Source of the DNA: Ignisphaera sp.
Lineage (GTDB): Archaea; Thermoproteota; Thermoprotei_A; Sulfolobales; Ignisphaeraceae
Length of the DNA: 64,000 nt
Direction: 5' to 3'
Assembly: GCA_038889075.1 (NCBI GenBank)
Contig: JAWAHS010000007.1
Span: 11,387-75,386, forward strand
In this document: positions 52,797 to 62,378 of the stretch, one piece after another
Position numbering within the stretch: position 1 is the first letter of the stretch
Layout of the letters: the number at the start of each line of letters is the position of its first letter
Notes under the pieces: model-generated
Databases searched by the model: none
What the model was told of the DNA's origin: nothing
Seen by the model: only the letters and a program-made list of their open reading frames with translations
Position numbers and translations under genes: made by a program

Positions 52797-55178
52797 ATGG
52801 GTGTGTACTTGATGCACACCTTGAATAGATTTGGAGTAACTTTACTTCTAATAGTGTTACTATTACTGAACATAATATTGGTGCCCTCATCAATTGTGAG
52901 AGGTGAAAGAGCATCATTTAGTGTAATACTATGGGTCACCCTTCCACCGGTTATAAATTGGAATCCGTTTGCTCCAGGATCTATACTAACAGGTGGAGGA
53001 ATGCTTTCACAGGGGGGTGTACACAGCTTTTGTGTAGCACCGCTATTTGTTCTCATACCATATAAGGGGTATCAGGACGTTATACTTCCAATGCTTGGTA
53101 AAGATATTAGGATAAACCCTGCAGAAAATTATCTTGAAATTACTTTATGGAATGATGCCCACTGGTATGACGGAAAGTCTTTGTATCCATTTACAGCAAA
53201 GGATGTTTGGACCTACTTTACAGTTCAGTGGAAGATATTTAGAAACTTTATACCATTCTTATTAGATGTAAAAATAGTAGATGATTATACTGTGAGATTT
53301 TACTTCAATATAACAGTATTTAGAATTACAGCACCTTTATATGATTATAGATTGGGTAAAGTTGATGTATCACAGATGTTTAGATATAGTTTTATGCCGC
53401 GCATGAGATTTTCGGATCTAGTTTCGATATTTACATGGCATATGACAACACCATATCAAATCTTTGGTAAATACGCGGAAATGGTTGCAGATGTTCCTGT
53501 TAATGAGGTTCCGAAAAGGTTTAATTTGACAAAGTTGCAAGACGAGGTAAGAAATATCCAGATGGATAAACCGTGGTGTAACGGACCGTTCTGGGCTGAT
53601 CCTGCGACACTGACAACGACAGGTGTTAAGCTTGTAAAGAATCCTGGATATAGATGGGCAAAATATGTTCAGTATGATGAGGGTGAGATACTATTTGCAA
53701 GGGCAGAAGAGCATATGGTTGCATGGATGATAGAGGGCAGAAACCTAGATACATGGCATGGAATATCGCCACTTACTTTGGTAGAGATAAACAAAGCACC
53801 TGGAGGTGTAAGAATAGCTTGGGTGCAATCTCGTGAACTATGGGGTATATGGTTTAACCTTAATAAATACCCATTTAATATAACATACGTCAGACAAGCA
53901 ATAACAATGCTTATAAATAGTACAGAAGCAGCACTGGCCTACCCACCTCAAGTACTGCCATTCAAAGATTACATAACAAGCCTAATGACTACTGAGGGCA
54001 TTCCTGAATGGATTAAGAAGAACTTATATGAATGGACATATAACCCTCAGAAAGCATATCAGCTTCTTGAAGGTGTTGGATTTAGAAGAGGTCCTGATGG
54101 AAAGTGGTATACACCAAAGGGTGAACCATTTAGATTTACCATAATGTGTGTATCTCAATGGGCTGACTTTGTTGCATTAGCGGCCAACCTTGCATCCCAG
54201 CTTCAACAGCATGGAATAGAAGCTGAAATGGGCTGTGTTGATGTAGGAGTGTACTGGAGTATGTGGATGGAGTGGAGATTCGATATCACACTCTCATGGA
54301 CTGCAGGATCCTGGACCGTCCCGTTATCTATGGCAGGAATCAACGGCTTTATAAACTCATTTTATCCCGCTTGGGACTTCACTATAAGTAAGTTTAACTT
54401 AACATGGCCCGTTACTCTAAAGAATGGTACAGTAATATACGTAAATCCATACTTTGAACAAATGAAATTGATGTCAAGCTTACCTTACACAACAGAATAC
54501 TGGGATGCCCTAGCTAAACTTGCATGGTTCTGGAACTATCATCTACCCCATGCAGCTATGTGGCTAATTCTAAGACCTCGGCAAATAAGTATAAAACAAT
54601 CTAATCTACTTGAAATTCTAGGTGAACCTGAGGGTCTTGTAAATGTAGCTGGTACTACAATGCCAAGCTACACACTCAGTAGATCATGGATATTTGAAAC
54701 CATGGGTATGTTTGGCTCATTCCTATGGATGTCATACGGTGTACTAACACCACCTAAAGCACCCATAGACTATCCACCAAGAAAACCACCCACAGATCCT
54801 TTAATGCAATTACCATTAGAACTTAAACCTATTCAATTAGAGGAACTTGCAAAAATGTTTGTAATTCCATCTCCTACACCTACTCCAACTCCTACTCCAA
54901 CGCCCACCCCTACCCCGACTCCAAAGCCTACCCCAACACCTACCCCGACTCCAACACCCACTCCTACACCTACTCCTGTGCCTGGTGCTGTAACAGTTAC
55001 AGTTGTTAAGACAGAAACAGCAACAGTAACATCAACAGCAGTAGTAACATCTACAGCAGTATCAACAACAACAGCAACAAAAACAGAGACAGTAACAGAA
55101 TGGACAACAACAACAGCACTAGCAATAGCACTACTAATAATAGGAATAGCAATAGGATGGTTCATAAAAAGAAAATAG
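52797..55178 (+). CDS. ABC substrate-binding protein (family 5) with a PT linker and C-terminal anchor
   Basis: WNPF, WYDG..FTAKDV and a PT/Thr-rich tail identical to that of the first SBP. Confidence 0.9.
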   Translation: MGVYLMHTLNRFGVTLLLIVLLLLNIILVPSSIVRGERASFSVILWVTLPPVINWNPFAPGSILTGGGMLSQGGVHSFCVAPLFVLIPYKGYQDVILPMLGKDIRINPAENYLEITLWNDAHWYDGKSLYPFTAKDVWTYFTVQWKIFRNFIPFLLDVKIVDDYTVRFYFNITVFRITAPLYDYRLGKVDVSQMFRYSFMPRMRFSDLVSIFTWHMTTPYQIFGKYAEMVADVPVNEVPKRFNLTKLQDEVRNIQMDKPWCNGPFWADPATLTTTGVKLVKNPGYRWAKYVQYDEGEILFARAEEHMVAWMIEGRNLDTWHGISPLTLVEINKAPGGVRIAWVQSRELWGIWFNLNKYPFNITYVRQAITMLINSTEAALAYPPQVLPFKDYITSLMTTEGIPEWIKKNLYEWTYNPQKAYQLLEGVGFRRGPDGKWYTPKGEPFRFTIMCVSQWADFVALAANLASQLQQHGIEAEMGCVDVGVYWSMWMEWRFDITLSWTAGSWTVPLSMAGINGFINSFYPAWDFTISKFNLTWPVTLKNGTVIYVNPYFEQMKLMSSLPYTTEYWDALAKLAWFWNYHLPHAAMWLILRPRQISIKQSNLLEILGEPEGLVNVAGTTMPSYTLSRSWIFETMGMFGSFLWMSYGVLTPPKAPIDYPPRKPPTDPLMQLPLELKPIQLEELAKMFVIPSPTPTPTPTPTPTPTPTPKPTPTPTPTPTPTPTPTPVPGAVTVTVVKTETATVTSTAVVTSTAVSTTTATKTETVTEWTTTTALAIALLIIGIAIGWFIKRK

Positions 55179-55191
55179 AATAAAAAGAAAT
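54936..55191 (+). repeat. 256-bp direct repeat, copy 2
   Basis: Offset 10640 bp from copy 1, with one mismatch. Confidence 0.95.
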
Positions 55192-55194
55192 TTT

Positions 55195-55401
55195 TTAGTT
55201 GTTCTTATGTTTTGTATTTTTTGTTTGTTTTATAAGTAATATTGCTATAACTATCAGTGCCATACCTATGATCGTGGAGAATAACAGTAACACCATATGC
55301 GATGTATATATTACTTCTCCACTGCTTAAAATAATTGAAAATATAACTAAAACAATTATCATATATCCGCATGATAATAATATCTTTATTAAATCCTCCA
55401 T
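55195..55401 (-). CDS. Possible small two-TM protein
   Basis: 68-aa ORF with two hydrophobic segments. Very AT-rich and could be spurious. Confidence 0.35.
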   Translation of the reverse strand: MEDLIKILLSCGYMIIVLVIFSIILSSGEVIYTSHMVLLLFSTIIGMALIVIAILLIKQTKNTKHKNN

Positions 55402-56109
55402 ATGTTATCCACATTTATAGCTATGCTAGAACTGATTTTTACTTTATCAGAGAACATTATCTATCGATACCGCTATTTAGGAGAGTCATAGCAAATCTGC
55501 ATAATATATAAAGTATAGAAATGTGGATCTCCTTAGCACCTAGTTATAATTGTTGCATAGATTGAAAAATAGGTAATCAAAGTATAGAAATAGCTGCAAA
55601 CTAATTATAGTGCTAAACAGAGTCTCTGCTGACATACGTCAAAAAGCTGGTAATAACAAAGAAACAGTTAGAGATTAACCTAGGAAGAAGCTATTTTCCT
55701 TGAAATCCCTCGTACACCATTTATAATACTTATATACACCATTACTTAACTTATGATGCTCTAACTTCTTTTAAAGAAACTTGTATAGTGTATTTCATAG
55801 ATTAAGGTTTGAACTAGAGAATATAATGTTCCACTAAATCTAGGAGGAATACATAATTCATTAACAATATAGTGTCCATATCATTCACTATACTCCAGTT
55901 TGTGTAGCCAGTATAGTAATTCTACAAAATTCGAGTAGGCGACACTTAAAGGAAGTAGATCTAGATCAACCTCTGTAAATAGATCATTTAGATGCAATGG
56001 CACAAGGTCCTATACCTAGATGTAGGGACTATCGCCTCTGACGCATATTCTCCAGTTTGCATATACAAATTCAATATTCATGCATCTACCATCTATCCAT
56101 CCTCTGAAC

Positions 56110-56285
56110 CCTCAGCTCAAGAATTGATGTTAAAGTTCTTGCAGCTGTGCTGTTAAGATCTGTAACCCTGGTTGCCTCATGTATTAGATCCACAACATTT
56201 TTAGCTGGTTTATAGCCTGTAGGTGTAAAACGATCCACACTTGTTCCGAAACCATCCATCAATATTATATATATCAGAGAAAACT
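56110..56285 (-). pseudogene. Possible N-terminal fragment of a xylose-isomerase-like gene
   Basis: YIILMDGFGTSVDRFTPTGYKPAKNVVDLIHEATRV resembles the FGxxxDRFxxxGY N-terminus of that family. Confidence 0.35.
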
Positions 56286-56667
56286 TTATCCCTATACCTT
56301 TTATCCATTATTTAGTATGTGCTACGAGCTGCTGTAGAGATGTACTTCCAATAAATCATAGAAATAAGGCTGGCCAGTGCATATCTAAAATGAATACTTT
56401 CGGTCTCCTTTGATTACCTCAAGGAATTAGGGCATCTGATTGCTATTGAATTATTCAATAAAAGAAGCATCAAAAAGAGTAAGTATTGGAGAATGTAGAG
56501 GTGATAATAAGACTGAGGATGAGTTTTTGAAGTATCTAATTATGTGTTTTAGGTAAAAAGGTTATAATCTTGTCTAGGAATTTATAAAGTATTGCTAAAG
56601 GTATTTGTATCTAAATTTGAGGCATGTCTTACAACTATTTGAAAGAAGTAGGGTATGGGTTTTACAT

Positions 56668-56892
56668 ATGTTGAGGGCTAGAATCCGTGAAGAAGATATT
56701 GAGGAGGCGAAGAAGTTGAGGAGGGAGAAGGCTAATTGGAGTTTTATAGAGAAACAGCCCCCTAAAATAAGAGCAGCCCTTAAATACTATATAGAAACAG
56801 GGGATCTATATGTTGCTTCTCGGATAGCTGGTTTAACTGTTGAGGAGTTTAACGAGCTTAGGAAGGAGGCAGGTATTCCAAATGTCTCATAA
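56668..56892 (+). CDS. Putative antitoxin (UPF0175-like HTH) 1
   Basis: GDLYVASRIAGLTVEEFNELRKEAGI; overlaps the start of the PIN gene. Confidence 0.8.
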   Translation: MLRARIREEDIEEAKKLRREKANWSFIEKQPPKIRAALKYYIETGDLYVASRIAGLTVEEFNELRKEAGIPNVS

Positions 56893-57460
56893 CCTATTTG
56901 CTATTGCTGATACCTGTTTCTTAATTGATTGGGCTAGGTTTAGGTTTAGAGACTATCTATTCAAATTATTTAGAACGGTATTTGTATCTGAATCTGTTCT
57001 TAGGGAGGTTAAGAGTGGGGATACTATAGAGTGGATAGCAGATGGTATGAGCAGGGGCTATCTCTCCCTCTATACCGAGACATTTGATGAAGTTGAGGAG
57101 GCTAGAAGAATAGTTGAGTATTCACGTAGAATCCCTAGATTGATATCTGTTGATCTTCCCGAAGCACTATGTATTGCCATAGGTAGGAGAAGAGGATATA
57201 TCGTTCTAACTGAGAATAGAGGAGCGATAATGTTCATCGATATTGTTAAGGAGTACAGTAATGTTGTTGTTTGGCGATCCTTCGAGGTACTGCTATCTCT
57301 ACAGATTAAGAAGCTGATCAATATAGATTGCAACAATGCTTTAGAGCTATTTAAGGCGTATGAAGAGGATACAAAGCATATATTCCCTAGAAGAGATATA
57401 GAGGAAGCAGAGAACGTGATAGATAATGAGCTTTGCAGAAGTCAGCCACGAAAAAATTAA
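56882..57460 (+). CDS. PIN-domain (VapC/DUF3368-like) toxin
   Basis: IADTCFLI, SVLREV, DLPEALCI and VLTEN acidic PIN motifs. Confidence 0.85.
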   Translation: MSHNLFAIADTCFLIDWARFRFRDYLFKLFRTVFVSESVLREVKSGDTIEWIADGMSRGYLSLYTETFDEVEEARRIVEYSRRIPRLISVDLPEALCIAIGRRRGYIVLTENRGAIMFIDIVKEYSNVVVWRSFEVLLSLQIKKLINIDCNNALELFKAYEEDTKHIFPRRDIEEAENVIDNELCRSQPRKN

Positions 57461-57671
57461 GAAATGGATAGAACTTGAAGAAGAGGCGAAGAAGTTGAGG
57501 AGGGAGAAGGCTAATTGGAGTTTTATAGAGAAACAGCCCCCTAAAATAAGAGCAGCCCTTAAATACTATATAGAAACAGGGGATATCAGAAGGGCTGTAT
57601 ATATATCTGGAGTAGATTTAGAGGATTTTAGAGAACTGCTAAGAAAAGCAAACATACCCATCGTTGTATAG
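57426..57671 (+). CDS. Putative antitoxin (UPF0175-like HTH) 2
   Basis: Shares an identical 34-aa core with antitoxin 1 but has a different C-terminal HTH (GDIRRAVYISGVDLEDFRELL). Confidence 0.8.
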   Translation: MSFAEVSHEKIKKWIELEEEAKKLRREKANWSFIEKQPPKIRAALKYYIETGDIRRAVYISGVDLEDFRELLRKANIPIVV

Positions 57672-58089
57672 CAATCTAATGTATGCTGCTGCCCACACTA
57701 GCCAGTGTTGTCTATATAAATTCCCAATCCTTTCAACACATCTTCTAATACTATTACCATTAGTTGTACTACTCCTATAAATCAAAAACCTTTAAACTAA
57801 GATCTACAAATTCCTATCAAACCCAATACAGCATAAGATATGCCAAGCAATTAATAATAGTGCTAGCAAGACTAAACCTTAACTAGTATTTCTATCAACG
57901 TGTCTATAGTAGTGCTAGTGGCAATAGCAATCGTATTGCTAAACCTAAAAACTCTGTCCCCAGCAAAGCTGTTAATAGACCGCTTAAAATCTATCAGTAG
58001 TGCTGGTTCAGTAATAGGCTAAAGAGTAACGGTAGCAGGGATAGGGAATTGGTTGTTTGAATGAAGCTCTATTTTAGCCAATCAATATG

Positions 58090-58206
58090 CGGAGGTCTTG
58101 GAGTGCTCCAAACACTCCAAGTCCGATGAAAACCTGAACAGAATGTAGGGAAACGAGAATGAGGTAATGATACCATTATGTAGACTTATATCAGAGCTGA
58201 ACCCCA
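58090..58206 (+). mobile_element. tnpB 3' end / omega-RNA-like remnant (type A)
   Basis: Aligns with 21550-21665 (GTGC..AAACAC..CGATG..ATG.AG..ATGAGG..ATGA..GAGC.GAA.CCCCA). Confidence 0.65.
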
Positions 58207-58246
58207 TAATCTTTATCTATAATTAGTAGTCTAGGTATGCTGTTTA

Positions 58247-58891
58247 CTATCCTTCTTTTCTATAGATGTTTCCTGCTCTAACTTCAATTCCCAGAGTTCT
58301 AGCTAGTTCTACAGCTCTCTCAGTTACCGATGCTCCTACAATTACCTTCTTTGCTTTTACTCCTACAGCCTCTTCATAGAGTTTAGCTATCCGTTCAAGC
58401 TCGCCTATATCGCCTTTATCTACATGAGCTTTGTATTCAATTAGGATATGCTCTTTATCTCTTACTAAGACATCTATCTCTATAGTTGATGAAGTTCCGT
58501 AGACTGCTCCTCTACTGTCATAGTAGACCCATCTCTCAACTTTGTATTCTTTAAGTAGATCTTCAACTAGATAGCTTATAGCACTCCTAAACGCTTCTTC
58601 GGTTACCACACCATATCTATTACCAACAGCATATATAGATGCCCTAAGCCCGACCATCTCTCCTTGCAGCTCCTTTATAGCTCTACTATGCTCAAGTACT
58701 GCTTTCTGCAACTCCCTTATATCCCTGCTATTGTCAAGTATAGCCTCTTTCAAACTCTTCAATTCACTTATAATTGTATTTAGTCCAATTAATCCTGCAA
58801 TAGCATATCTAAACTCTTCATCTTCTTTAAGAAGTCTTAGAATTTCCTGTTTCAATTCATTTACTCTTATATCGCTAGCCACTTTCTGCAC
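58247..58891 (-). CDS. Coiled-coil plus PD-(D/E)XK nuclease-domain protein (DUF3782/DUF1626-like)
   Basis: EDEEFRYAIAGLIG, RYGVVTEEAFR and EIDVLVR..IEYK. Confidence 0.88.
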   Translation of the reverse strand: MQKVASDIRVNELKQEILRLLKEDEEFRYAIAGLIGLNTIISELKSLKEAILDNSRDIRELQKAVLEHSRAIKELQGEMVGLRASIYAVGNRYGVVTEEAFRSAISYLVEDLLKEYKVERWVYYDSRGAVYGTSSTIEIDVLVRDKEHILIEYKAHVDKGDIGELERIAKLYEEAVGVKAKKVIVGASVTERAVELARTLGIEVRAGNIYRKEG

Positions 58892-58997
58892 CTACATCCC
58901 TATCACTTAAATACCTTAAAAAGTGTGTAGATCTAGATCCCCATATATCTAGCTTTAGTGATGTATATACCACATTACTCATTTTATAGTTTCGGAG

Positions 58998-59222
58998 CCG
59001 TTTGTCCCTGGATATTTATTTTTGTTTGTTCATGTTCTTTTGTATCCAGGGACTTCCACCCCACCCATACAGATATTGGTATCTGTATGGGTTCATGGGT
59101 GGCTGTTGAGCCCAATGGCACGGGGCTCCCATCTAGCTCAAGCCCTGGATGGCTCGGAGCATTGCTCCCATCACCACCCAGGGCTTCCAATAAACATAGA
59201 ACAAAAACAACGCTTATAAGCA
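58998..59222 (-). mobile_element. Internally deleted IS200/IS605 tnpB element (MITE-like) / structured ncRNA with promoter (type B)
   Basis: GAAATG-CTTATAAG-N29-CCCTGGGT. Stems are GCCCTGGGTGG/CCATCCAGGGC, CCCATACAGATA/TATCTGTATGGG and GTCCCTGGATA/TATCCAGGGAC, followed by AAACGG. Confidence 0.7.
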
Positions 59223-59713
59223 TTTCCTAAAAACATCAAGAAGAAAACAGCCCTAACAGGCAAATGATTTTCTACTAGACTTAACGCTCTTAAACATATG
59301 TAGATGAAGAAGCCTTCATCCAACACCTTTTGTCCCTTTACAGCAGCTTTAATCTACTCTTCATTATGCGATGAACTGCTGGTGATCATAGTAGTTAGAA
59401 AAGGGATAGAATTGGAAAACAAAGCTTGTATCGCCAGGATTCTTTGGAAACCCTTTAATAGTGGTAGTTGTATGTATAAATCTTAGGAAGAGTTAGAAAG
59501 GGTGTAGAGATGGTGAGGTAACAGCTGTCATGGGTGTACCTATGGCTGTCAAAATATGATGCTGATAGCCTATGCTCTAGGGATAGGCTCGTATTACATT
59601 GCATAATTTGGTAGAGTGGCAGTTGGAGAGCTACTGGATATACTTGAATATATTGTGCCTTTCAGAATTTCTGCCATAGAGCTTCTAGTACTTTTAATTG
59701 TGTGGAGGCTCTT

Positions 59714-60730
59714 CTACACCTCTATCTCAAATTTTAATGGTATGAGGCTCAGGACATCGTATATTCTTATAGCTATATTCTCATATGCATCGATTATCTT
59801 GAAGAGCGTGTGCTCCTTAATAGAGTTTCCCATAATGCTATTCTTAATTTCACCAAGATCCCTCTCCAGCTCTTCACATATTCTCATATCTTCGTACAGC
59901 TCTATTAAATCTATTGGTAGAGAGAGACTCCTTCTAATAATCCTCTCAAATATTTGATCCAAACCATGGACATCTCTTTTAAGTCTATGTATCTCCTCCT
60001 CCAGATCGCTACCTATCTGAATCAGCTGTACCACTCCCTTGGCAGCCTTTTTGGCCTCGTCACCTATTTCCTCAATAGCTTTTGCAATCATTCTAAAGTC
60101 TATAAGCTTTAGAAGTTCCCTCTGGTCTACTAAGAGAGAGCTTATTTTCTTTCTTATAGTTCTTGTTACGTAGAAGTACAGTCTATTTAGATCGAAATCT
60201 CTTAGGGGAATTGCTTCAGCAAGCTCTCTATCGCTATTCAATAGAGCATTTAGTGCATCTATATACATCGATCTCGCTATCTTTCCCATATTCTTTATAA
60301 GGCTTGGGACGTCGCTTTCAATAGTTGATAGAATCTGTAGTGTTACACTATTGCTATCCATATCAACAATTTCAAGCCCGAGTAGAACCTGTCTAGCATA
60401 GTCTAGAATTCTCTTAACCTCCCTCTCCATGGAGCTTCCGGTGAAATTCACTGTAATAAAGTCAAAGCCTCTTAGATACGATGTTATAATTGCACTGAAT
60501 GTACCCTTAATATCCTTCACATCAACGGTGACTCTAGAGGTTTGGTTTCTCCTAACTTTATCCTCAGCATCTATGGGTCTTATCCTAATAGATCCATCGG
60601 CATCTGTAACTATTTCAACTACAGAGCCTTTATCAAGGTTAAAGCTTCTCAGCCACTCCTTGGGTAAAGCTACATAGATTGAGCCGCCTATACTTTGAAG
60701 CCTATATGCTTTTCTCATACTGTATCCCAA
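59714..60730 (-). CDS. AbrB-PhoU family transcriptional regulator
   Basis: RLQSIGGSIYVALPKEW (AbrB domain), YLRGFD, and PhoU repeats (DFDLNRLY, EEIGD). Confidence 0.92.
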   Translation of the reverse strand: MGYSMRKAYRLQSIGGSIYVALPKEWLRSFNLDKGSVVEIVTDADGSIRIRPIDAEDKVRRNQTSRVTVDVKDIKGTFSAIITSYLRGFDFITVNFTGSSMEREVKRILDYARQVLLGLEIVDMDSNSVTLQILSTIESDVPSLIKNMGKIARSMYIDALNALLNSDRELAEAIPLRDFDLNRLYFYVTRTIRKKISSLLVDQRELLKLIDFRMIAKAIEEIGDEAKKAAKGVVQLIQIGSDLEEEIHRLKRDVHGLDQIFERIIRRSLSLPIDLIELYEDMRICEELERDLGEIKNSIMGNSIKEHTLFKIIDAYENIAIRIYDVLSLIPLKFEIEV

Positions 60731-60748
60731 GTAATAGTTGCTTTCAAA

Positions 60749-60802
60749 ATTTAAATAGTTTAAACATTATTAGAAGGCAATATTTAAATAGTTTAAACAT
60801 TA
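60749..60802. promoter_or_regulatory. Two identical 21-bp direct repeats ATTTAAATAGTTTAAACATTA with a 33-bp period
   Basis: At 60749-60769 and 60782-60802, between the divergent regulator and the ABC operon. Confidence 0.75.
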
Positions 60803-60833
60803 GTTCTCCAGATAGAATCTAGGGCGGCTATAC

Positions 60834-62378
60834 TTGGTAGGAAGGTTTAGATTCATAGCTGTGCTAGCTATAGTTATCGTACTTAGCTCCCTCATCTATA
60901 CTCTCTACTGGTCTAGAGGGCAGGAACTAATTAGGGAGCTTAGAGTGGCTATATCTACAGATATCTCAACACTGGATATCAGCTATGCAACAGGTGTTGC
61001 GGATTTCGAGATTCTTGGAAAGGTATACGAGAGTCTCTTTAGAATAGACTTTGACCCTAGGCTGAAGAAGCTCACCTATATCCCATGGCTGGTGGAGAGC
61101 TATAGATGCATCAACAATACGTACTGCCTCTTCATTCTTAGAAATGGTGTAAGTTTTCATAATGGCGAGAAGCTAACTGCATGGGACGTTAAGGCAAGTA
61201 TAGAGAGAGCTGTGGAGGTTAGTCCAATTGGGAAGATGCTTCTTAGGGATGGCTATGGAGATCCAGTTATAGAGAGCATCATTGTTTACAACAGCTCTTC
61301 GTTTGCTCTAAAGCTGAGGAGACCATTTGCTCCACTTATAGAGCACCTAGCACATCTAGCAGTTGCCATAATGCCTAGAACTGTTGTTGAGAAGTATGGA
61401 AGTGGTAGAATAGATAGTGCAGCTGATGTTATAGGCACGGGTCCCTATAGAGTGGTAGAGTATCTGAGAGGACAGTATGTAAGGCTTCAGCGATTCAATG
61501 GATATTGGCGTGGAGAGCCTCGTATAGAAAGTATAGTCTATACAATTGTACCAGATCCAAACGCTAGAATAGCAGCTATAGAGACAGGCCAGATCGATAT
61601 TGCTATAGGCATACCTCCAGAAGCTGTTAAACAGCTGGAGCTGAAGGGTCTTAGGATATATCGTGAAACTGGTGTTAGACTTGTCATAGTTGCTATAAAT
61701 ACACAGAGGATTCCCGACCTAAGGATTAGGCAGGCCATGAACTACGCCGTTGATAGGAGAGCTATTGTAGATACTATGATGATGGGCTTTGCAGCAGTGG
61801 CGAACAGTATAGTATCTCCAATCTTCCCAGGTGCAGCATCTCTAGACAGCTATAGCTATAGCCCAGAGAAAGCTAGACAGCTTATTGATGAGGCAGGTGG
61901 TGTAAATCGAAGGCTAGCACTTCTAGTCTCAACCCGTAGCCCCAAAGATCTGGAGCTAGCTCAGGTAGTGCAGAGCTTCCTATCTTCGGTAGGCATAGAT
62001 GTTGAGATTCAGGCAATGGAGCACACAGCATTTCTAAAGAAGGTCTTTACGGAACACGATTTCGATCTCGCAATCTACGGACCATCACCATCATCACTAT
62101 ACTATGCCCTAACCTACTGGCGATCTGGAGCAGCACTTAATGCACCCCTCTACAGCAATCCCGAGGTCGATAAACTTCTAGATGAGGTTACTAGGGAAAG
62201 CGATAGGGATAGACAGTACGAAATCTATAGAAGGATACAGGAGATCATATGGTTTGAATGCCCAGCTATATGGCTATACTATGAGGATATCATTGTAGCT
62301 ACGAGACCTGGTGTAGAGGATCTTAGAATCCTTCCCTTCCAGATGCTCATTCTAGATAGCATTACAATTAAGGGTTGA
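60834..62378 (+). CDS. ABC substrate-binding protein (DppA/OppA-like)
   Basis: FHNGEKLTAWDVKASI, IGTGPY and RIRQAMNYAVDR. Confidence 0.93.
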   Translation: MVGRFRFIAVLAIVIVLSSLIYTLYWSRGQELIRELRVAISTDISTLDISYATGVADFEILGKVYESLFRIDFDPRLKKLTYIPWLVESYRCINNTYCLFILRNGVSFHNGEKLTAWDVKASIERAVEVSPIGKMLLRDGYGDPVIESIIVYNSSSFALKLRRPFAPLIEHLAHLAVAIMPRTVVEKYGSGRIDSAADVIGTGPYRVVEYLRGQYVRLQRFNGYWRGEPRIESIVYTIVPDPNARIAAIETGQIDIAIGIPPEAVKQLELKGLRIYRETGVRLVIVAINTQRIPDLRIRQAMNYAVDRRAIVDTMMMGFAAVANSIVSPIFPGAASLDSYSYSPEKARQLIDEAGGVNRRLALLVSTRSPKDLELAQVVQSFLSSVGIDVEIQAMEHTAFLKKVFTEHDFDLAIYGPSPSSLYYALTYWRSGAALNAPLYSNPEVDKLLDEVTRESDRDRQYEIYRRIQEIIWFECPAIWLYYEDIIVATRPGVEDLRILPFQMLILDSITIKG

